Shown in pieces: positions 1-8,204 of a stretch of DNA of 31,340 nt. This DNA comes from a virus. The stretch lies in IMG/VR virus record IMGVR_UViG_3300000101_000086; one strand, 5' to 3'. The position numbers and the translations under genes were made by a program. The stretch's first letter is position 1. Every line of letters begins with the position of its first letter. Under the pieces are notes generated by a model. It was given only the letters and a program-made list of their open reading frames with translations. It searched no databases and had not been told where the DNA came from.

Positions 1-105
1 ATCAGTTGTTTCTATTCGTTCTGATAATGCTAGTTCAACTGGAAATGTACTTCATGTACAAGGCGATGGAACTGGCAATCTACTTACTTTAAGCAAAGAT
101 GGTTC
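1..105. repeat. Terminal direct repeat, identical to 31236..31340 (contig closure / terminal redundancy)
   Basis: Base-by-base reading shows that 1..105 (atcagttgtttctattcgttctgataatgc...aagatggttc) equals 31236..31340. Confidence 0.95.
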
Positions 106-2566
106 GGATAAACTAACTGTTACTCACGAAGGCAATTCTACATTTGCTGGAGATATAACTACAAATGAAAGATTAATATTTGGTGGGACAAACGATTCAA
201 TAGTAGCATCAGCAATCACTCCTCATTCTAATGGATTTATATATATAGCTGGTGGAAGTGGTGGGTTAGTTATTGGAGATGATGCTACATCAAGTAGAAT
301 CCAAATAATGAACGATGCTGAAATTAAATTTGAAGTAAATGGTTCTGAAAGAATGAGAATAGATGGTTCAGGTAATGTAGGTATAGGAGTTACGGATATA
401 CCATCTGCTTTAATGATAACTAGAAATGAAAGTTCAGCATTTAATGGGTCTACAGATGATGGTCAAGCTGGTGTTGGCTCAACTATAACAGTATCTAATG
501 ATAGTACATCAGCTAATTCTTTTGCACAATTAAATTTTCAAGTAAGTGCTTCTAGTGGAAGAGGAGTTGCTAGAATTGTAGGTATTAGAGAAGCATCTCA
601 AACATCTTCACTAGCTTTTGTAACAGAGAATAGTAATACTGCTTCTGAGGCAATGAGAATTACTGGTTCAGGAAATGTAGGTATAGGAACTGCATCTCCA
701 ACTTCTAAACTATCTGTTAGTGCTGGAAGAGGTGCTAACACTGGGTTGGAAATATTAGATAGTGCTGATTCTAATAATAAAAGAATTGATTTAAGATTAG
801 ATGCTGATGGTGATGGATACCTCAGTTTAGTTGATGCTAGTGAAACTACTAAAGTTCAATTATACTCAAATGGTGTTTCTTATTTTAATGGTGGCAACGT
901 AGGTATCGGAACTACATCTCCAGACTATCAGCTTGAGCTAGAAAAAGCTGGTGGTGGATTTTTAAGTTTTAAAACCACAGATACAGAAATAGTGAATAAT
1001 GATGTTTTAGGAACAATTCAATTTGGTGCTGATGACGCTACTGCAAGTGGCATTGACATAGGTGCTAAAATTGTAGCTACTGCAACAGACAACTTTCAAA
1101 GTGCTAGTAGCAATGTGGATGCTCCTACAAAATTAGAATTTTTTACTCAAGATAATACTACTACAGATGTAATGAGTACAGTTGGAGCAACTCTAACTTT
1201 AGGTGGAGATGACCAAAACGCAACATTTGCTGGTAAAGTAGCAATATCATCAGACTTTAATGCTGGTGAATTATTAGGAGTAAAAGGTTCTGCTGGTTCT
1301 GAGTGGGGAGCTAGAATTGATAACACATCTTCAACTGGTTATGGAGCTTTAGTTAAAAGTGGAGGTACAAGTAGTAGTCAATTATTATTCCAAGTAAGAG
1401 GTGGTTCTGTAAACGCTCTTACAATTAGAGGAGACAGTAGCTCAACATTTGTTGGTAATGTAAAAATAACTAAAGCTGAATCATCTGCTAGTGAATTTAT
1501 TAGTGCATTAGAAATCAACAGAGATTATGGGAGTGCAACAGGAACAGACTTACTAACTGGAATGATTTTTACAGATGATAATTCTGTACAAGCTGGAATA
1601 TTTACCAATAGATATAATTCTGCTGGTAATTACAATAGTAGACTCCAGTTTTATGTAAATAATAGTTCATCGAGCATGACACCACAAACTGCTTTAGGTG
1701 ACCCATCAATGATAATTGATGAAAATTCACGAATCTCACTATCTAATAATGATAGTGGTACATCTAATACAGTCTTTGGAAAGTTGGCTGGAGATGCAAT
1801 TACAACTGGTTCATCTAACACAATTATTGGTGATGGTGCAGATGTAAGTGCTTCAGGCTCAACAAACCAAATAGTAGTAGGTCAAGGTGCAACTGGTGTA
1901 GCAGATAACTCAGTAACTCTTGGAAATTCTAGTGTAACTGATGTCTATATAGCACCCGGACAGACAAGTGAGCAAGCTATTGTATTCAGAGATAGTGTAG
2001 ACGCAGGTAAAATAGTCTACAGTCATAATAATGAACAAATTCAATTCAGAGTTGGTGGTACTGGCGGTAATAGTATTAAAGCTAGAATTAGGTCAGGTGG
2101 AGATTTATACCTTGATGGTGGTCAAATTACTTTCCCGGGTACTCAAGTTCCAAGTTCAGATGCCAATACTTTAGATGATTATGAGGAAGGTGATTATGAT
2201 GTTGCGATTACAATGGGTAGTGGAACTGCAACTGTTGCTGGGGCGCAAAACAGACTAGCATACACAAAGATTGGACAAGTTTGTCATGTTCAAGGTGAGT
2301 TTGCAGTAAGTGCAATAAGTAGTCCTTCAGGTTCGTTTTCAATTAATCTACCTTTTACTAGTAATAATAGTAAAACTGATAATGCAGACAGAGGAGCTGG
2401 ACTAGCTAGAATGATTGGATTTGCGAGTGGAGACAATGGGACTGGAACTTTTCAATTTGATAATAATTCAGCCTCAGCAAATTTAAAAACTTTTGATTTA
2501 AGTGGAGACCCAGTACCAACAACATCAACGACTGTATATGTTAGTATTAGTTTTATAACGGCTTAA
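2..2566 (+). CDS. Tail fibre / receptor-binding fibre protein, C-terminal part (5' part is 30886..31340; about 971 aa when the genome is closed)
   Basis: Frame 2 is open from nt 2 with no stop before the first listed Met at 308, and is in phase with the ORF starting at 30886 across the 105-nt repeat. The protein is Ser/Thr/Gly/Asn-rich. It carries reiterated MRI(D/T)GSGNVGIG(V/T) and GNVGIGTTSP motifs typical of phage fibre proteins. Confidence 0.7.
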   Translation, partial: SVVSIRSDNASSTGNVLHVQGDGTGNLLTLSKDGSDKLTVTHEGNSTFAGDITTNERLIFGGTNDSIVASAITPHSNGFIYIAGGSGGLVIGDDATSSRIQIMNDAEIKFEVNGSERMRIDGSGNVGIGVTDIPSALMITRNESSAFNGSTDDGQAGVGSTITVSNDSTSANSFAQLNFQVSASSGRGVARIVGIREASQTSSLAFVTENSNTASEAMRITGSGNVGIGTASPTSKLSVSAGRGANTGLEILDSADSNNKRIDLRLDADGDGYLSLVDASETTKVQLYSNGVSYFNGGNVGIGTTSPDYQLELEKAGGGFLSFKTTDTEIVNNDVLGTIQFGADDATASGIDIGAKIVATATDNFQSASSNVDAPTKLEFFTQDNTTTDVMSTVGATLTLGGDDQNATFAGKVAISSDFNAGELLGVKGSAGSEWGARIDNTSSTGYGALVKSGGTSSSQLLFQVRGGSVNALTIRGDSSSTFVGNVKITKAESSASEFISALEINRDYGSATGTDLLTGMIFTDDNSVQAGIFTNRYNSAGNYNSRLQFYVNNSSSSMTPQTALGDPSMIIDENSRISLSNNDSGTSNTVFGKLAGDAITTGSSNTIIGDGADVSASGSTNQIVVGQGATGVADNSVTLGNSSVTDVYIAPGQTSEQAIVFRDSVDAGKIVYSHNNEQIQFRVGGTGGNSIKARIRSGGDLYLDGGQITFPGTQVPSSDANTLDDYEEGDYDVAITMGSGTATVAGAQNRLAYTKIGQVCHVQGEFAVSAISSPSGSFSINLPFTSNNSKTDNADRGAGLARMIGFASGDNGTGTFQFDNNSASANLKTFDLSGDPVPTTSTTVYVSISFITA

Positions 2567-2603
2567 TTGGATAATTAAGTGGAATGAATAACAAGGAGTT
2601 AAA

Positions 2604-2840
2604 ATGGCTTTAAGCAAAGTAGTATCAGACGATTACGAAGTTAGAACAGAGTATAAACATATTAATATGCGCACTAAAACTTCAATTATAGAAGATGGAA
2701 AAGAATTGTCATTTTCATATCATAGAAAAGTATTTACACCTGATATGGATGTAAGTGGTGAGTCTACTGAATTACAGGCACTAGCTGGTGCTTTATGGAC
2801 AGATGCAGTAAAAGAAGCATACGAAGCAAGTAAATCTTAA
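2604..2840 (+). CDS. Hypothetical protein (78 aa)
   Basis: ORF with an AAGGAG Shine-Dalgarno a few nt upstream of the ATG. It packs tightly with its neighbours. Confidence 0.6.
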   Translation: MALSKVVSDDYEVRTEYKHINMRTKTSIIEDGKELSFSYHRKVFTPDMDVSGESTELQALAGALWTDAVKEAYEASKS

Positions 2841-2857
2841 CAAACAAGGAGTCAATA

Positions 2858-3076
2858 ATGGCAAAAAAAGAAAAGAAGCCAGTCTTGAACCTAGATGATA
2901 AAGAGTATATCATAGAGGATATGACTGACGAGCAAAAAATGATGGTGAATCATATTAACGATATTCAGAACAAACAGAATAGTAATCAGTTTATCGCTGA
3001 CCAACTAGCTGTTGGTAAAGAAGCGTTTATTAATATGCTTAGAGAATCATTAAACTCTGAGGAAGAAGCAGAGTAA
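2858..3076 (+). CDS. Hypothetical protein (72 aa), acidic C-terminus
   Basis: ORF preceded by an AAGGAG Shine-Dalgarno. Its stop overlaps the next start (TAATG). Confidence 0.6.
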   Translation: MAKKEKKPVLNLDDKEYIIEDMTDEQKMMVNHINDIQNKQNSNQFIADQLAVGKEAFINMLRESLNSEEEAE

Positions 3077-3366
3077 TGATTGTAAGGAGATGCGCTCAAG
3101 GTCACGATGTAGTTATTCACAAGAATACGAAACCGAATATGGAAAAAATCATTAAAATGGTAGATGGATCTTATATAACAATTCAGTATCCAAACTCCAA
3201 AGATTACTTTTTAATGGTAGATGGTGAAATCGTACAAAAAAGCGATTCATTTAAAACTATTGAAAATGCATATGTCTCTGCCTGTGCAGATAAGCATAAT
3301 AATGGACATGGGCGCATCGACTATATGATTCATAAAATAATAAATAACCAGGTGGTAGATAGATGA
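3076..3366 (+). CDS. Hypothetical protein (96 aa)
   Basis: ORF coupled to the upstream gene by a TAATG overlap and to the downstream gene by a 4-nt overlap. Confidence 0.55.
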   Translation: MIVRRCAQGHDVVIHKNTKPNMEKIIKMVDGSYITIQYPNSKDYFLMVDGEIVQKSDSFKTIENAYVSACADKHNNGHGRIDYMIHKIINNQVVDR

Positions 3367-3653
3367 ATAATCCTTTAGCAAAGTTAGTAGCATGGCAATA
3401 CAAGACTGGGCAACTGGATGGTTGGACTAGTTATCACCTCGCAGCAGGCGCATTCTTTTGCAAAATCTTTCAATGGTGTGGGTTTAGCGATTTATGGTGC
3501 GTTTTAGGTGTTTTGACACTTGGTATCGCCTGGGAAATATTTGAATGGATAATCGAGAACTACCAGCCTTATAAGACAAAGCGTGCATGGGCATACAATA
3601 CAATGTCTGATATAGTGGTAGAAACTGCAATAGCATGGTGGATGGTATTATGA
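3363..3653 (+). CDS. Small integral membrane protein (96 aa, about 3 hydrophobic segments, Trp-rich)
   Basis: Hydrophobic stretches AAGAFFCKIFQWCGF, LWCVLGVLTLGIAWEIF and IVVETAIAWWMVL. Confidence 0.55.
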   Translation: MNNPLAKLVAWQYKTGQLDGWTSYHLAAGAFFCKIFQWCGFSDLWCVLGVLTLGIAWEIFEWIIENYQPYKTKRAWAYNTMSDIVVETAIAWWMVL

Positions 3654-3686
3654 ATAAAGTAATTAAGAAATTAGAAAACGGAGATT

Positions 3687-3920
3687 TTGAAGTTGTTAGT
3701 ACGTCTTATAGTATTAGTATCAAGTATGTTTATAGCGAGTAGTTGTTCCAATGGTTGGTCCGTGCTTGGTTTTGAACCAAATTTAAACGACTCTATGTAT
3801 ACATTTGTCGAGGTAATGGATCAAGATTCTACACTGCATTTTTATTCAGACAATGTTCGATTTGATAGAGATATGTGGTGTTTTACACATAGTAGATGGG
3901 AAATAGTAAGGAAGAAATGA
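3687..3920 (+). CDS. Putative secreted protein or lipoprotein (77 aa)
   Basis: TTG start with GGAG just upstream. The N-terminus MKLLVRLIVLVSSMFIASSC resembles a signal peptide with a lipobox-like ASSC. Confidence 0.45.
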   Translation: MKLLVRLIVLVSSMFIASSCSNGWSVLGFEPNLNDSMYTFVEVMDQDSTLHFYSDNVRFDRDMWCFTHSRWEIVRKK

Positions 3921-4234
3921 GTGAAAAAACTGCTAGAAGTTATCGCGCTGATGTTATCGATGACAATTTTTCTATACATCTTAATATTAAGTGGCTATTT
4001 CAAATATTATGTTTTGTTGCTGGTATTAGCTATTATGGTGTGCGTATGGAAAATCGGATTGCTAGGCTTGAAACTGAACTTATTAGTGCGGAGACAACAA
4101 TTAAAGATTTACTGGCAAAGCATACAATGGAAGAAGAGTCGAAGAGGCAAGAATTAGAAGAAAAAATTTCTTTTTATGAAAAAGAATTAAAAATTAATTT
4201 AAATCCAATGAGTTGGAAAAAGCGGAAGAAGTAA
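3917..4234 (+). CDS. N-terminally membrane-anchored coiled-coil protein (105 aa)
   Basis: I prefer the ATG at 3917 (ATGA overlap with the upstream stop, AAGGAAG upstream) over the listed 3896 start. It has a TM segment WLFQILCFVAGISYYGV, then a heptad-like region (IARLETELISAETTIKDLL) and a basic C-terminal tail (KKRKK). Confidence 0.55.
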   Translation: MSEKTARSYRADVIDDNFSIHLNIKWLFQILCFVAGISYYGVRMENRIARLETELISAETTIKDLLAKHTMEEESKRQELEEKISFYEKELKINLNPMSWKKRKK

Positions 4235-4561
4235 ATGGATATGATGGCTATATATGGCGAAGCAGGAATGATAGGAGTATGTGCTGCACTACTCATATAT
4301 TTAGTAATGAATTTGTCTAAAAAATCAGAAGCTCAAGCGGAGTCTTTAAAAAATTTAGAAGTAGAGAATAAAGGTCAGTCAGAGTCAATCAATAATATGG
4401 AAGGAATGATTATCAAATTAATTAATAGATGGAATGATAGCGATGCTGTACGAGACAGACGATATGAACAGACGATGGAAGCTATTAGCGATTTAGAAAA
4501 ACAGTTATCAAGAATGGATGGTATTATGAGCCGTATGAATGGGAATGGAAGACATGGATGA
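4235..4561 (+). CDS. N-terminally membrane-anchored coiled-coil protein (108 aa)
   Basis: The ATG immediately follows the upstream stop. It has a TM segment AGMIGVCAALLIYLVMNL followed by a charged helical region. Confidence 0.55.
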   Translation: MDMMAIYGEAGMIGVCAALLIYLVMNLSKKSEAQAESLKNLEVENKGQSESINNMEGMIIKLINRWNDSDAVRDRRYEQTMEAISDLEKQLSRMDGIMSRMNGNGRHG

Positions 4562-4766
4562 TCAAGATTTAATCAGAGTATTAACTAGGCATGATGAACG
4601 ATTAAAGAATATTTATTCTACGCTTAATAGAATTGAAAAACATTTAAGCCAGTTAAATGGCAAAGTAGATCGGCACGATATTGCTATCGCTAAAATACAG
4701 ACTTGGGGTGGTGTTGCATTAGTCACATTCCCAATCATAGTAAATATAATAATGAGGTTCATATAA
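4539..4766 (+). CDS. Coiled-coil protein with C-terminal TM anchor (XhlA-like architecture)
   Basis: The helical N-terminal part (RLKNIYSTLNRIEKHLSQLNGKVDRHD) is followed by WGGVALVTFPIIVNIIMRFI at the C-terminus. The start is ambiguous (ATG at 4539, 4545 or 4554). Confidence 0.5.
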   Translation: MGMEDMDDQDLIRVLTRHDERLKNIYSTLNRIEKHLSQLNGKVDRHDIAIAKIQTWGGVALVTFPIIVNIIMRFI

Positions 4767-4993
4767 TGGATATAAAATCAATGCTAGTAAAACTAGCGGA
4801 AGAACAAGCTGATAAAATGCAAAATGAAGCAATTGGTCATATAGGATCAAATGCTTTTTCAGATAAGTTAGCACAACTACTAAATGATAAAATAAACATA
4901 CCTTTTGTAAAAGAAGAAAAAGAAGGTAAAATGTTTAAGGAGTTAGTAGAAGTAATTCAATCTATTACTATCGGTTTAATTAAAGGTAAGTAA
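4766..4993 (+). CDS. Hypothetical protein (75 aa)
   Basis: I prefer the ATG at 4766 (TAATG overlap with the upstream stop, GAGG 9 nt upstream) over the listed 4703 start, which overlaps the previous gene. Confidence 0.5.
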   Translation: MDIKSMLVKLAEEQADKMQNEAIGHIGSNAFSDKLAQLLNDKINIPFVKEEKEGKMFKELVEVIQSITIGLIKGK

Positions 4994-5277
4994 TGGCAGT
5001 ACCTGCAAGAGTCAAAGCAACAATGCGTAGATTAGGTCTGCGCGGAGTGAATAAACCAAAACGTACACCAAGTCACAAAACAAAGTCACATGTAGTGATG
5101 GCATCTAGTGGCGGTAGATATAAGGTAGTTAGATTTGGGCAGCAAGGTGTACGTGGCGCAGGTAAGAATCCAAAAAGTAAATCGCAACAAGCACGAAGAC
5201 GAGCATACTATGCGAGACATGGAAGAACAACCAATAAGTTCTCAGCAAAGTTCTGGTCAAATAAGGTAAAGTGGTAA
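4993..5277 (+). CDS. Highly basic small protein (94 aa, 13 K + 13 R, no Asp/Glu)
   Basis: ORF coupled to the upstream gene by TAATG. The composition was counted from the translation. The KPKRTPSHKTKSHVV...VRFGQQGV motif resembles a conserved phage family whose name I cannot recall with certainty. Confidence 0.65.
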   Translation: MAVPARVKATMRRLGLRGVNKPKRTPSHKTKSHVVMASSGGRYKVVRFGQQGVRGAGKNPKSKSQQARRRAYYARHGRTTNKFSAKFWSNKVKW

Positions 5278-5450
5278 TGAAAGTAAAAGGTATTAGCGTT
5301 ACAGGATTAAGTAAACGACAAGTATCTGCAATGCGTAGACATGCAAGACATCATACTGCAAAACATCTTAAATCTATGGTATCTGCAATGCGCAAAGGAT
5401 CAACCTTTGGTCAATCTCATTCTAGTGCAATGAGAAAGGTGGGCAAATGA
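5277..5450 (+). CDS. Highly basic small protein (57 aa, no Asp/Glu, three SAMR(K/R) repeats)
   Basis: Not in the ORF track because it is under 60 aa. I translated it by hand: MKVKGISVTGLSKRQVSAMRRHARHHTAKHLKSMVSAMRKGSTFGQSHSSAMRKVGK. It has a TAATG overlap upstream and an ATGA overlap downstream. Confidence 0.5.
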   Translation: MKVKGISVTGLSKRQVSAMRRHARHHTAKHLKSMVSAMRKGSTFGQSHSSAMRKVGK

Positions 5451-5623
5451 GAAAGAAATCATCTGTAAATAAAGCAGGTAACTACACCAAACCATCGTTA
5501 CGTAAACGAATCTTTTATCGAATTAAAGCAGGTAACAAAGGTGGAAGAGCAGGTCAATGGAGTGCAAGGAAAGCGCAGATGCTAGCAAGAGCATATAAGA
5601 AAGCAGGCGGTGGATATAAATAA
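5447..5623 (+). CDS. Highly basic small protein (58 aa, no Asp/Glu) with GQWSARKAQ...GGGY motif
   Basis: Hand translation: MRKKSSVNKAGNYTKPSLRKRIFYRIKAGNKGGRAGQWSARKAQMLARAYKKAGGGYK. It has ATGA/TAATG overlaps on both sides. The motif resembles a widespread conserved phage/viral small-protein family. Confidence 0.55.
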   Translation: MRKKSSVNKAGNYTKPSLRKRIFYRIKAGNKGGRAGQWSARKAQMLARAYKKAGGGYK

Positions 5624-5871
5624 TGGCACTAAAAAAATCACAAAAAAGTTTAAAGAGATGGACAAAGCAAGATTGGGGTTACGTCACAAAAGGTGATGAA
5701 AAGAAACCACGCAGAAAGCGAGGTAGATATTTACCTGCTAGTGTACGTAAGAATTTAACGAAATCACAAAAGGCATATGAGAATAGGCTTAAAAGAGCTG
5801 CTAGTAAACAAGGTAAGCAGAAAGCTAGTTATTCTAAAAGAACTGCCAAGAAAGTAAGGAGAGCAAGATAA
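5623..5871 (+). CDS. Highly basic small protein (82 aa)
   Basis: Listed ORF, Lys/Arg-rich (KSLKRWTKQDWGY...RYLPASVRKNL). It is coupled by TAATG at both ends. Confidence 0.6.
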   Translation: MALKKSQKSLKRWTKQDWGYVTKGDEKKPRRKRGRYLPASVRKNLTKSQKAYENRLKRAASKQGKQKASYSKRTAKKVRRAR

Positions 5872-5957
5872 TGCCGTATCATTATGGAAAGAAGAAGAAG
5901 TCCAAGAAAGTAAAAGTTAAAAAGAAGAAAATGAAAAAAGGTATGAAGCGCAAATGA
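5871..5957 (+). CDS. Possible 28-aa poly-lysine peptide
   Basis: Hand translation: MPYHYGKKKKSKKVKVKKKKMKKGMKRK. It exactly fills the gap between neighbouring genes, with a TAATG overlap upstream and an ATGA overlap downstream. Confidence 0.3.
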   Translation: MPYHYGKKKKSKKVKVKKKKMKKGMKRK

Positions 5958-6430
5958 TCAATCCAGACCAAATAAAAAAACTCATTAAACGTGTCTTACA
6001 GAAGATAGATTTATATTCTCCTGAAGCAGCAGAGTTTATTTATAATATTGGATTAGTGGAGTCAAAGTATATTTATATTGAGCAAATTAAAGGACCTGCA
6101 CGTGGTGTCTATCAATGTGAACCTTGGGTAGCGGTAGATATAATAGAAAACTATCTTCAGTATCGAGAAGAACTAATGAAGAAAGTTGCAAAGGCATGTT
6201 ATTTAGATTGGTCACATTTTACTGCGCCAGTTGAAAAGGATTGGGAATATATTTTAACTACGAACCTTGCAGCTCAAATAGTTTTTTGTAGATTACACCT
6301 ACGTAGAATACCAAAAAAACTACCAAAAACATTAGAAGATCAAGCAAATCAATGGAAAACATACTATAACACTGCAAAAGGCAAAGGTACTCCAGAGAAG
6401 TTTTGCGAGATAGTACAGAAATATGGATGA
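5954..6430 (+). CDS. Putative lysozyme-like / lytic transglycosylase (SLT-like) protein
   Basis: GLVES ... GPARGVYQCEP resembles the E-S catalytic motif followed by a G-x-x-Q motif in SLT-type muramidases. This is motif-level evidence only. Confidence 0.4.
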   Translation: MINPDQIKKLIKRVLQKIDLYSPEAAEFIYNIGLVESKYIYIEQIKGPARGVYQCEPWVAVDIIENYLQYREELMKKVAKACYLDWSHFTAPVEKDWEYILTTNLAAQIVFCRLHLRRIPKKLPKTLEDQANQWKTYYNTAKGKGTPEKFCEIVQKYG

Positions 6431-6620
6431 AACAGAGAAAATAGATAGATTAATTGATACAATGCACGAGTTACAAGAGCTAACACGTCAATTAGAAGAT
6501 CCGAGAATGGATATGGATGTGATTTTAGGAGCAATGATTGCAATAATTATCTGCACTGATATACCTAATGTCACCATTTTACCTACTAGTAGCATAACTA
6601 ATGAGATAGCACAAGCATGA
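6423..6620 (+). CDS. Hypothetical protein (65 aa)
   Basis: ORF overlapping both neighbours by a few nt. Confidence 0.45.
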   Translation: MDETEKIDRLIDTMHELQELTRQLEDPRMDMDVILGAMIAIIICTDIPNVTILPTSSITNEIAQA

Positions 6621-7588
6621 GTTACTTAACAGCATTCTGCAATATAACAACTGATTTACAGGCAATTCTTAGTGATATAGATCGCTATGATCGTAAGCGT
6701 GTACTAATGTCAAATTGGACAAATCCATCTACAAATCTTTATAGATTACATAATACTGGATATATAGAAAATTTATACAAAGATGGTTTAGAATTAACAA
6801 AAGTTAATGATACGCCAGATGCAGATAACGAATTTAAATATAACGAATCCGCAGATTACGTGGACGTATTTCTAGCATCTAGTTCTGTTAGTGCATTTAA
6901 TTCTAGTGTATGTGAAGCAGGACAAGATTGGGAAGATTTAAAAAACCGCGTGGTAAAAGAGCAAGCGGATCATATGCGCAGTTATTTAAATAGACCTATC
7001 TATAAGCGTGGTAATAGTAATTATCAAGGCGCATCAGATCGACCATATGACTTTATTATAATACGATGCAATGCGTTATTAGCCTGCGCAGATTTAGTGC
7101 GTAGCCAAGATCCAGAGAAAGCAGCAGAACTTCAAGAGCAGGTATTAGGTGATGAAGGTATGCTCACAAAATTAAAGTCACGTGATTACGTGATGTGGAA
7201 TGAAACTAGTTTTCGTTCAGAATCTGGCGTTATTCGTGAGATTAGTGTAAACGGCAGTAGCACTGGCTACATTGAAGATGTAAAGATGTATGGTCCGCCT
7301 AGCACAGATTATGATGAAGTACGAGTAGTGATTAGTACCGCAGGTACATTCACACCTGGTACTGCAAGTACAGTGAAGTACGATGTATTTACAAAAGATG
7401 ATACAGGACTAAAAAGACATAAATCTGTAGATGCAGAAGTAATGAATGGTGACTATCAACCACTAGCATATGGCGCATCAATACGCTTTCAAGCAGGCGT
7501 TTATACATTAAATGATGAATGGAGTGTAACCTTTCAATCCGATGAAATTCAAATAGGAACTGTGCGCAGTGGACAGATTTATAGATAA
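6617..7588 (+). CDS. Virion structural protein, function unknown (323 aa; connector/neck region by position)
   Basis: Long ORF at the start of the block that leads into the tail genes. I recognised no motif. Confidence 0.45.
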   Translation: MSYLTAFCNITTDLQAILSDIDRYDRKRVLMSNWTNPSTNLYRLHNTGYIENLYKDGLELTKVNDTPDADNEFKYNESADYVDVFLASSSVSAFNSSVCEAGQDWEDLKNRVVKEQADHMRSYLNRPIYKRGNSNYQGASDRPYDFIIIRCNALLACADLVRSQDPEKAAELQEQVLGDEGMLTKLKSRDYVMWNETSFRSESGVIREISVNGSSTGYIEDVKMYGPPSTDYDEVRVVISTAGTFTPGTASTVKYDVFTKDDTGLKRHKSVDAEVMNGDYQPLAYGASIRFQAGVYTLNDEWSVTFQSDEIQIGTVRSGQIYR

Positions 7589-8019
7589 TGGCTATATCAT
7601 TTAACAATGTCATCTATGAACGAGTCATTGATAATTTACATAGTATCATTGCTGATGAATTTGGGATTCAGATTTTTTACGATGAACATCAATCTAATCA
7701 AAGTTTTTTATTACAGCCTGTGTCAGATGATCTTAACGAGCAAATTAATACAGGAATGGTGCGAGATTATACAATCCTTATCAGTTACCAAGTGGATTTC
7801 GCAGGTAATTACACAAAGGAGAGTTTTAGGCAGGTATCGTTAGTAGCGGAGCGTATGAAAAGACTTATTTACAATAACAGAAACTATAGCGTGTCAGGTA
7901 CGAGGCAATTTTACAATGCTGTCATCGACAACACTATATATGAGCGTGATGATGATAATACAGACTTATTACGCGCTAATATGACTGCTGTAGTATCAGC
8001 AATGGAGATAATAGGATGA
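7588..8019 (+). CDS. Virion structural protein, function unknown (143 aa; head-tail joining by position)
   Basis: TAATG coupling upstream. Its position is two genes before the major tail candidate. Confidence 0.45.
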   Translation: MAISFNNVIYERVIDNLHSIIADEFGIQIFYDEHQSNQSFLLQPVSDDLNEQINTGMVRDYTILISYQVDFAGNYTKESFRQVSLVAERMKRLIYNNRNYSVSGTRQFYNAVIDNTIYERDDDNTDLLRANMTAVVSAMEIIG

Positions 8020-8204
8020 TTTACAAAGCAAAGAAATCATATTTTGACTTAAAAGATAGTGAAAACTTTAATGGATTTGATAGTCCTGCAAAACATAATC
8101 GTCTTATAAATGGCGAATCAGTAGAAATCACATCTGTGCCTAAACCACTTGAAAAGTATCTAGAAAGCGCAGAACCAAAAAAAGCAAAAAAGGAAGATAA
8201 GTAA
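8016..8204 (+). CDS. Hypothetical protein (62 aa)
   Basis: ORF coupled to both neighbours by overlaps. Confidence 0.45.
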   Translation: MIYKAKKSYFDLKDSENFNGFDSPAKHNRLINGESVEITSVPKPLEKYLESAEPKKAKKEDK

